Part shown: piece after piece, positions 57,968 through 64,000 of the stretch | Layout: the number at the start of each line of letters is the position of its first letter | Position numbering within the stretch: the stretch's first letter is position 1 | Origin: Fibrobacteria bacterium | Lineage (GTDB): Bacteria; Fibrobacterota; Fibrobacteria; UBA11236 | Assembly (NCBI GenBank): GCA_043732185.1 | Contig: JAYTHY010000006.1 | Location: 1-64,000 of the forward strand | DNA: 64,000 bases | Direction: 5' to 3' | The notes under the pieces: model-generated | Told to the model about the DNA's origin: nothing | The model's input: only the letters and a program-made list of their open reading frames with translations | The model's database searches: none | Program-made: the position numbers and the translations under genes

Positions 57968-58969
57968 ATGCAAAAACATCTACACCGGTTTTTCTGGAAT
58001 ATTTTATGCGTAGTGGTTTTCGCCAACGCGCAATCCCCCGCCTTGCGCTTGCAGTCCGCATTGGAAAAAATCATGGGCCCGATCGATACTACCGGTCTCA
58101 CAAATCCCAAGCCATTGCAAATCGCCTGGGTTTACAGTACGCCGTCCGAAGCAGCAGACAGCCATAATTTTGAAGCGCAGATGAATATTTGGAAACCCCT
58201 GTTCAGTACATTGAAAAGCGTAACCTTCACTCCGGTATTGAACTGGCCATCCCCAACGATTTGGAAAAGCGCTGACATCGTAGTCTTTAATTTTCGATTC
58301 GGCCTTCACAAAATATTAAGCGATTCCCAGTATGTGGATCTGGATGCGTATCTCGACCGCGGCAAAGCCTTGATTCCCATTCATGTGGGAGTAGCCTTGC
58401 AAGATGAGGCGCCTAAGCGCTATGCACCCTATATCGGCCTCAGTTGGCAATGGGCAAACACTGGCAACATCAATTCTTCGGACCGAGCCGGAGAAATGAT
58501 TTATACCCGACGCCCCAATCATCCCTTAGCTGTTAACCTGCCGGATACCATGCACTTGACGGAAGAAACCTATTTCAATCTGTACGGCGACACGGCCCAG
58601 ATTCAAATCCTCAACACCTCGCTTGAGAATACGGGAGCGGGAATGGCAGCCGTACCCGTGATGTGGACCAAGTTGTCCCGCAATGGAAAAGTGTTTGCTT
58701 CCGGAGCTGGCCATTATACGAGCACCCACAACGACGCCTATTTCCGCTTGCTTCTGCTTCGAGGTATGGCGTGGGCCTCGGGAGAAAAATTCGACCGCTT
58801 TCGCAGCTTGGTCACTTTAAATGCCAATGTGAAAAATGATGTCGTGAAACTTAAACCCCAAGTACCGAAATCCACTGTTGGTAAAAAATCTGTGACTGGC
58901 TTGTCGTCTGGAATTATTTTTCGCCACGCGCAGAAAAAGTACGGCATAGGCGGTCGATTCACGCCTTGA
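57968..58969 (+). CDS. Secreted ThuA-like domain protein
   Basis: Signal peptide (ANA|Q); RGKALIPIH, HPL, EETY, PVMWT, GKVFA..AGH and RGMAWA motifs. Confidence 0.75.
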   Translation: MQKHLHRFFWNILCVVVFANAQSPALRLQSALEKIMGPIDTTGLTNPKPLQIAWVYSTPSEAADSHNFEAQMNIWKPLFSTLKSVTFTPVLNWPSPTIWKSADIVVFNFRFGLHKILSDSQYVDLDAYLDRGKALIPIHVGVALQDEAPKRYAPYIGLSWQWANTGNINSSDRAGEMIYTRRPNHPLAVNLPDTMHLTEETYFNLYGDTAQIQILNTSLENTGAGMAAVPVMWTKLSRNGKVFASGAGHYTSTHNDAYFRLLLLRGMAWASGEKFDRFRSLVTLNANVKNDVVKLKPQVPKSTVGKKSVTGLSSGIIFRHAQKKYGIGGRFTP

Positions 58970-58981
58970 TGGCTGGAATTT

Positions 58982-61579
58982 TTACGTGCGATTCAAGGAC
59001 AACAAGGCCCGTAGCGGTTGACCCATTCCACGGTATGCTGCATAAACGGCGCAAAGGATTCCCAATGCAAAGGATCCTCCCAGGCAAACGTATAAGATTC
59101 GCAAGTCCGGTACCCAAGGCACCTGCCAGATAACCTGGTTGATAGCCAAGGTTGCGGCGAGGCTCAGTCCGTAACCGGTAAGACCCGCCGCCAGGCACAG
59201 GCCGGAATAATGCATCAGGAAAAGCCGAATTAATTTGGCGCGGGGTTCACCCAGCGCGCGTAGCAACAGAATAGTTTTAAGGTTCTCGGAGACCAGCGCC
59301 TCCACGATAAGCCACAGAATGGTCAACCCAATCAATAAGGCAAATCCGGAAAGAAAACGGACCAACCAAACGAGCTTGTCCAAACTATCAATGGTGCGTC
59401 GGATCACATCTTTTAGATTGAGCAATGTGACATTAGGAAAGGCTTCACTCACCTGGGCCTGGAAGGCTTCAGCCTCAGCCATCGGAATCCCATTCACCGT
59501 TCCCAGAAAAGTTTTCGGTGCATCTTCCAAGGCACCGGGTTGGAACAACACAAAAAAGTTGGGTTGAAAAGAAGCCCAGCGAACCTGGCGAAAACTGGTA
59601 ATATGGCCTTGCACTTCCACGCCTTGAACGTCAAAGGAAAGCGTGTCGCCCAGCTTAAGTCGGAGCCGCTTGGCAAAATCCTTTTCTATGCTGACCTCGG
59701 GCAATTTGCCTTCCTGAACGGCTCCAGTCCACCAAACGCCGGAAATCAATTTCTCCGCATCAGAAAGTGTGTCCCGGTAACTCAAGTTGAATCCACGATT
59801 GCGGAATTGCCTTCGGTTGCGATCCTCCAAAGTTTCCTTACCGGATTTGGATTTTTCTCCAGCATCAGCATTCTCGTCCCGCTTGAACGGAAGGCCATTG
59901 ACTTTTTCCAAGCGCGCCCGAATCATGGGCGAGGGCTGCGCAAACGTCTGACCACGGCTACGGATAAGATCCGTAAGGCCTGGCAGCTGTTCTTCTTGGA
60001 TGTCGAACAGAAAAAGTTGGGGAATGATGCGTCCCTTGGGCACGCTGATTTCATTCAAGATGAGGCTTTGCAATTGAGGAATAAGCGTCAACGAGAAGGC
60101 CACAAAACCCAAGGCCGAAAAGGCTAAGAGCGATTTTTCGCGACCCCAGCGAATGGACCCAAGCACAATACGTATGGCATATCCAAACTTGGATCGCATG
60201 CTCCACAATGCGGCAAACAAGGCCCATCCCAAACCGCCCAAAAGCAAAAAGGCCGCCACCATAGAACCCACGGAAAGCGCACTCAAGGTCCATGAATGGC
60301 TATTGCTCATGGCAAAGGCAAAGAAAAATCCGCTCTGGGCCAGACCCATTCCCAGCCGAGGCCAAAGCCCCAGCGGCGCACTTTCCAGTGGCTTGAGCAA
60401 TGTAGCTGGAAGAATTTTACCTAATCCCGCCAATGCAGAAATGCCAAAGAGCAGCGATGTAGAAATCGCCATGAAAACTCCTAGCCAAAGAGTGCTCATC
60501 GGCAACGCAGAGGGAATGGTCACTTGATACAGGCGTGCAATGACTATGGGCAAGCCCTGGGCCCAAAAAGCGGCCAGCAACATGCCGGTTACGGCAGCCA
60601 GTGTCGCGAGAAACAGGTTCTGGGCCAGATAAAGGGAAAGGATTCTGGCGCGGCTGGATCCAAGTACAGTCAGCACGGCTACGGTTTTTCGCTCTCCGAC
60701 CAAGTGGTTTCGGAAAAAAAAGGCCGCACCCACGGCGGCCAAAAGAAAGGACGAAAGGCTTAGCAGTTTAAGGAAAGCAGTCACCATTTGAAAGCTGCGG
60801 CCAAGGTCCGATCCGGATTCCGTATACTCCGTAATCTCGATTTCCGGATCCGGGAGCGCGACATTCAAAGCCACCCGAAGCGCCTGAGTATCGGTTCCCG
60901 GAGGCAGTAGATAAAATCGGTAGCGGAAAATGCGACTGCCCTTTTGGTCGAGCCCGGTAGCTGCCATGTCCGCTATGGGAATGTAGACGCGGCTGCCCAT
61001 CTCCCAAAACTCGAAGTTCCCACCAGGGCGATGGCTGTACGCATCCTTGATGACAAAGTTCTGATTGCCCAAACGAACCGTATCCCCCACGCTCACTTTG
61101 AGTGCCAGAAACAATTCCTTAGGAAAGAGTATTTCGCCAGTGTGCAAATCCGCAATACGACCGGACCAATGATTAGGTTTTGCAACTGAACCTGCAACTG
61201 CACCTGCGCTGGAAAAAGTAAAGTCACCAACCAAGGGGTATGTCGTGGAAATCGCTTTCACCTGAACCAGTCGACTGGTGTTTGCGCCTTCGTGCGAGCG
61301 GGCGCGCAACATGGAAAGAAACCCCCATACCTCCGCGCTACGTGCGCCTGACGGCAAGTGTTTTTTCAGGATTTTCTCTTCCGAATCCGTTAAGGGCCTG
61401 CGCAATTGGATGCGTAGTTCTCCTTCCAACAATTCCTTAGACTGGGATTGAATCTCGGCTTGAAAATTCTTGGAAAGACCGTCGACGACTAAAAATACCG
61501 AAAGCCCCAAGGCATAAATAGCCACAAACGCGATCCAATTTCCCCGACGGTGTTTGAGCAAACGGAGAAACAGCGGCAT
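58982..61579 (-). CDS. FtsX-like ABC permease (YbbP-type)
   Basis: YPLVG, PQLFLFDIQ, SPMIRARL and RQVRWASFQPNFFVLF motifs; two FtsX halves. Confidence 0.88.
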   Translation of the reverse strand: MPLFLRLLKHRRGNWIAFVAIYALGLSVFLVVDGLSKNFQAEIQSQSKELLEGELRIQLRRPLTDSEEKILKKHLPSGARSAEVWGFLSMLRARSHEGANTSRLVQVKAISTTYPLVGDFTFSSAGAVAGSVAKPNHWSGRIADLHTGEILFPKELFLALKVSVGDTVRLGNQNFVIKDAYSHRPGGNFEFWEMGSRVYIPIADMAATGLDQKGSRIFRYRFYLLPPGTDTQALRVALNVALPDPEIEITEYTESGSDLGRSFQMVTAFLKLLSLSSFLLAAVGAAFFFRNHLVGERKTVAVLTVLGSSRARILSLYLAQNLFLATLAAVTGMLLAAFWAQGLPIVIARLYQVTIPSALPMSTLWLGVFMAISTSLLFGISALAGLGKILPATLLKPLESAPLGLWPRLGMGLAQSGFFFAFAMSNSHSWTLSALSVGSMVAAFLLLGGLGWALFAALWSMRSKFGYAIRIVLGSIRWGREKSLLAFSALGFVAFSLTLIPQLQSLILNEISVPKGRIIPQLFLFDIQEEQLPGLTDLIRSRGQTFAQPSPMIRARLEKVNGLPFKRDENADAGEKSKSGKETLEDRNRRQFRNRGFNLSYRDTLSDAEKLISGVWWTGAVQEGKLPEVSIEKDFAKRLRLKLGDTLSFDVQGVEVQGHITSFRQVRWASFQPNFFVLFQPGALEDAPKTFLGTVNGIPMAEAEAFQAQVSEAFPNVTLLNLKDVIRRTIDSLDKLVWLVRFLSGFALLIGLTILWLIVEALVSENLKTILLLRALGEPRAKLIRLFLMHYSGLCLAAGLTGYGLSLAATLAINQVIWQVPWVPDLRILYVCLGGSFALGILCAVYAAYRGMGQPLRALLSLNRT

Positions 61580-61600
61580 GATGATTGAACCTTTGGATCT

Positions 61601-62254
61601 TTAGCTGAATCGGCCCAAATGCAAGGTCTTCATTTCCGAACATCGACCCGCCAACTCGCGATTGTGCGTGACGATTACAGCCGTAAGACCTTCCTCTGCG
61701 ATTATGGAAAAAATCAGGGCTTCAACTTCCTGGGCAGTGGTTTCATCGAGATTGCCGGTGGGTTCATCGGCAAAGAGGATTTGAGGTTTAGTTGCCAAAG
61801 CCCTTGCAATGGCGACGCGCTGCTGTTCGCCGCCGGAGAGTTGATGGGGATAGTGATGGCCACGCGAGGCAAGTCCAACACGATCCAGCAGGGATTCCGC
61901 TCGGACACGGCTTTGTTTTTCACCTTGTATTTCCATGGGCAAAGCCACATTTTCCTTAGCCGTCAAGGAAGGCACCAGATGGTATTCCTGAAATATGATG
62001 CCCATGGAACGTCCACGCCAACGCGCCAGGGCATCGACACTTAAAGCGCCCAAGTCCTGGCCCTGAAAAAAGATCTGGCCTGTATCGGGTTGTTCCAGGC
62101 CCGCCAATAGACTGAGCAAAGTGGTTTTTCCGCTGCCCGACTGGCCTAAAATAGCGACGCTCGCGCCGGCCTCGATATCCATATTGAGGCCGTGCAGCAC
62201 CTGAGTGGAGCCATAGGTTTTGGACAGATTGCGGGCAGAAAGAATAACGGTCAA
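61601..62254 (-). CDS. ABC ATP-binding protein (YbbA/LolD-type)
   Basis: GQSGSGKTT, QLSGGEQQRVAIARA and ADEPTGNLD motifs. Start probably TTG 62254. Confidence 0.92.
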   Translation of the reverse strand: MTVILSARNLSKTYGSTQVLHGLNMDIEAGASVAILGQSGSGKTTLLSLLAGLEQPDTGQIFFQGQDLGALSVDALARWRGRSMGIIFQEYHLVPSLTAKENVALPMEIQGEKQSRVRAESLLDRVGLASRGHHYPHQLSGGEQQRVAIARALATKPQILFADEPTGNLDETTAQEVEALIFSIIAEEGLTAVIVTHNRELAGRCSEMKTLHLGRFS

Positions 62255-62303
62255 TCGGTTTCCCGGAAAACGGGTGGCTGAAGTTTGGTGCCCCTTAAAA
62301 TAC

Positions 62304-62334
62304 AAAACCCCGACGCATTCCTGCATTGGGGTTT
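62304..62334 (-). terminator. Rho-independent terminator after the MFS gene
   Basis: Minus strand aaaccccaatgca-ggaa-tgcgtcggggtttt. Confidence 0.65.
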
Positions 62335-62388
62335 CGAAAGGAAGAAAAAGACAAGGGCTCTCAGGCGGTTACACCGCCCAAGTCGATA

Positions 62389-63642
62389 TCACGCATTTGC
62401 ATAGGCCGGCGTCTTGGTGCCGGTGCTAGTCGTGCTATTTTTGTTGGCCTTATTTTTTTTGACCCAGAAAAGGAGTACGGTAAACAGGACAACCAACAAG
62501 GCGGGAAAGATAACCATGGTCCCTAAGGTCGCTTGGCCAGCTGCCAATTCAAGATTGTCACCGGTTAAGCCTTTGGCGGCAGCGGCAGCCTTGTCCCCAT
62601 CGATCCATCCGCCGATAATGGGCTGGAAAATGGAGGAGGAAAACATCCCCACGGCTCCAATGACTGACATTCCGATGGCACCACTTTTAGGAATTTTATC
62701 GGCGATAAAACCAATCATATTGGGCCAGAAATAAGCGATTCCAAGCGCATAAATGATTGCTGCAGCATAGGCTCCTGCACCAGTCTGGGTGCTGAAAAGG
62801 TAGACACCAATGGTGCCCAAAATGGCTGAACCAAGTAGTACGCCCGTCTGATCAAACTTTCCAACCATGCTGCCGCCAAAAAAGCGAGCTACAGCCATCA
62901 AGCCGGTGACCAAGGCCAAAATTAGCATGGGCTGTGCGCCGCTCTTGGACAGAATCAAGCCGACCCATTGCTGCGGTCCAAATTCCGAAATGGCGGTCAT
63001 CGACATGCAAACGAACATGAAAAGAAACATTGGTGAAAACATGGCCTTAACATTGGTAGCCAAGGAGTTCGCTTCCATGAGTTTCGATTTTGGAAAGGTC
63101 TGTCCAAAAAAGAGCAGCGCGTAGGCAATGGTTGGGACGAGAATAACCGCGATTTGAGCTTGCCAAGCAAGGTTCATATCCGTCATGAATTTGGAAACCA
63201 GGGCACCGATAACGATTCCTCCCGGGAACCACATATGGAAACGATTCATCTTAGAACTCATTTCAACACCTTCATAGGCGTCAGCAATCATTGGATTGCA
63301 AGCCGCTTCCGTACAGCCATTTCCAAGGCCAATCAGGAAGGTGGAGATAAGCAACCCTACGTAGCTGTTGGCAAATAGAGTTAATAGGATTCCCAATGTA
63401 TGGGCAAAAAAAGCAAACTGCATGATTTTCTTTGGTCCGACCGAATGGTAAAGGAGGCCACCAATGAGCATGGAGAGAGGAAAGCCTAAAAACCACATGC
63501 TATTAATGAAGCCGAGTTGATGTGCCGTGAAATTCAATTCCCTACCCAGCTGGCCCAAAATACCAGCACGAATGCTGAAAGAGAATGCTGTGGTAATCAA
63601 GGCAAAACAGCTGGCGTAGAATAGTCTGTTTTTATTTTCCAT
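62389..63642 (-). CDS. MFS transporter (sugar-type)
   Basis: GNGCTEAACNP, FHMWFPGGIV and YFWPNMIG motifs; 12 TM. Confidence 0.9.
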   Translation of the reverse strand: MENKNRLFYASCFALITTAFSFSIRAGILGQLGRELNFTAHQLGFINSMWFLGFPLSMLIGGLLYHSVGPKKIMQFAFFAHTLGILLTLFANSYVGLLISTFLIGLGNGCTEAACNPMIADAYEGVEMSSKMNRFHMWFPGGIVIGALVSKFMTDMNLAWQAQIAVILVPTIAYALLFFGQTFPKSKLMEANSLATNVKAMFSPMFLFMFVCMSMTAISEFGPQQWVGLILSKSGAQPMLILALVTGLMAVARFFGGSMVGKFDQTGVLLGSAILGTIGVYLFSTQTGAGAYAAAIIYALGIAYFWPNMIGFIADKIPKSGAIGMSVIGAVGMFSSSIFQPIIGGWIDGDKAAAAAKGLTGDNLELAAGQATLGTMVIFPALLVVLFTVLLFWVKKNKANKNSTTSTGTKTPAYANA

Positions 63643-63808
63643 TTGTATTCCTTCTCCGTTAGAAATGAAAGTTTGAGAAGAGTAAAGTTAATGTATCTGG
63701 GGAGAATGTTCTAGGTCTGGGTAGGGTAAAATTGACGTTTGTGGATTTCTGGCTGCTAAAATTCGAAAAAAGCGCCAGATCTTGAATAATCAAACCAGCC
63801 CTAAAGCT

Positions 63809-63845
63809 AAAAAGACCCACTTTTCGCAATTTGGAAAAGTGGGTC
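63809..63845 (-). terminator. Rho-independent terminator after the partial MFS gene
   Basis: 12-bp stem gacccacttttc / gaaaagtgggtc with a T-run on the minus strand. Confidence 0.75.
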
Positions 63846-63868
63846 CTTGGTCTAAAAAAGAGGCAGTA

Positions 63869-64000
63869 TCAACCTTCGAACTTGATGACCTTGTAACCGC
63901 CTTGGGTTTTGAAGTACAAGGCAATGATAATGTAAATACCCGCCATGGCCAACGGAATAAACGAATCCGCGGCCAAAGTCTTTCGATCACCGGTTTGGTC
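63869..64000 (-). CDS. C-terminal fragment of a probable MFS transporter (runs off the window)
   Basis: Minus frame DQTGDRKTLAADSFIPLAMAGIYIIIALYFKTQGGYKVIKFEG*, a last TM helix with a YF...GGYK ending; not in the ORF track. Confidence 0.65.
   Translation of the reverse strand, partial: DQTGDRKTLAADSFIPLAMAGIYIIIALYFKTQGGYKVIKFEG

Noticed and set aside
58982..62254. ybbA/ybbP-type pair lacking an adjacent tesA
   Set aside because: Loss of this linkage is unremarkable; the esterase may be elsewhere in the genome.
63790..63990. 66 aa minus-strand ORF in the track
   Set aside because: Wrong frame: it runs through a terminator hairpin, while another frame encodes a transporter-like C-terminus.

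Overview
A 64 kb bacterial chromosome segment, probably Fibrobacterota/FCB group (inferred from protein style and a T9SS-type C-terminal domain, not proven). From left to right it holds: the right end of an ISL3 element; an AT-richer accessory region (MFS, DoxX, GH29-like hydrolase, TetR pseudogene, fasciclin, glycosylation genes, GNAT, DUF2461); a five-gene minus-strand motor-like operon (12.7-18.4 kb); an orphan DGQHR gene; trpB-trpA-chorismate mutase-tyrA-aroA-like-nadK-recN; an AbiE toxin-antitoxin pair; a doubled PgsA; a T9SS-type cargo esterase; Omp85; rnpB; ABC/TldDE genes; an expanded MglA/MglB/Roadblock cluster; rpsT, folC, accD and transporters. The best candidate for an undescribed system is the 12.7-18.4 kb operon. 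It encodes a signal-peptide-bearing FliF(RBM3+TM+C-tail)-FliG fusion, a CsgG/FlgO-like plus beta-barrel protein, a TPR lipoprotein and a MotA/MotB stator, with no export-gate, switch, rod, hook or filament genes in the window, so it may be a stand-alone non-flagellar rotary motor. Other notable items are an MglA with a ~350 aa Pro-rich tail ending in a MinD-like membrane-targeting helix, an AroA pseudoenzyme, and an AbiEii toxin with an in-frame deletion. All family calls come from recognising motifs by eye; no searches were run.
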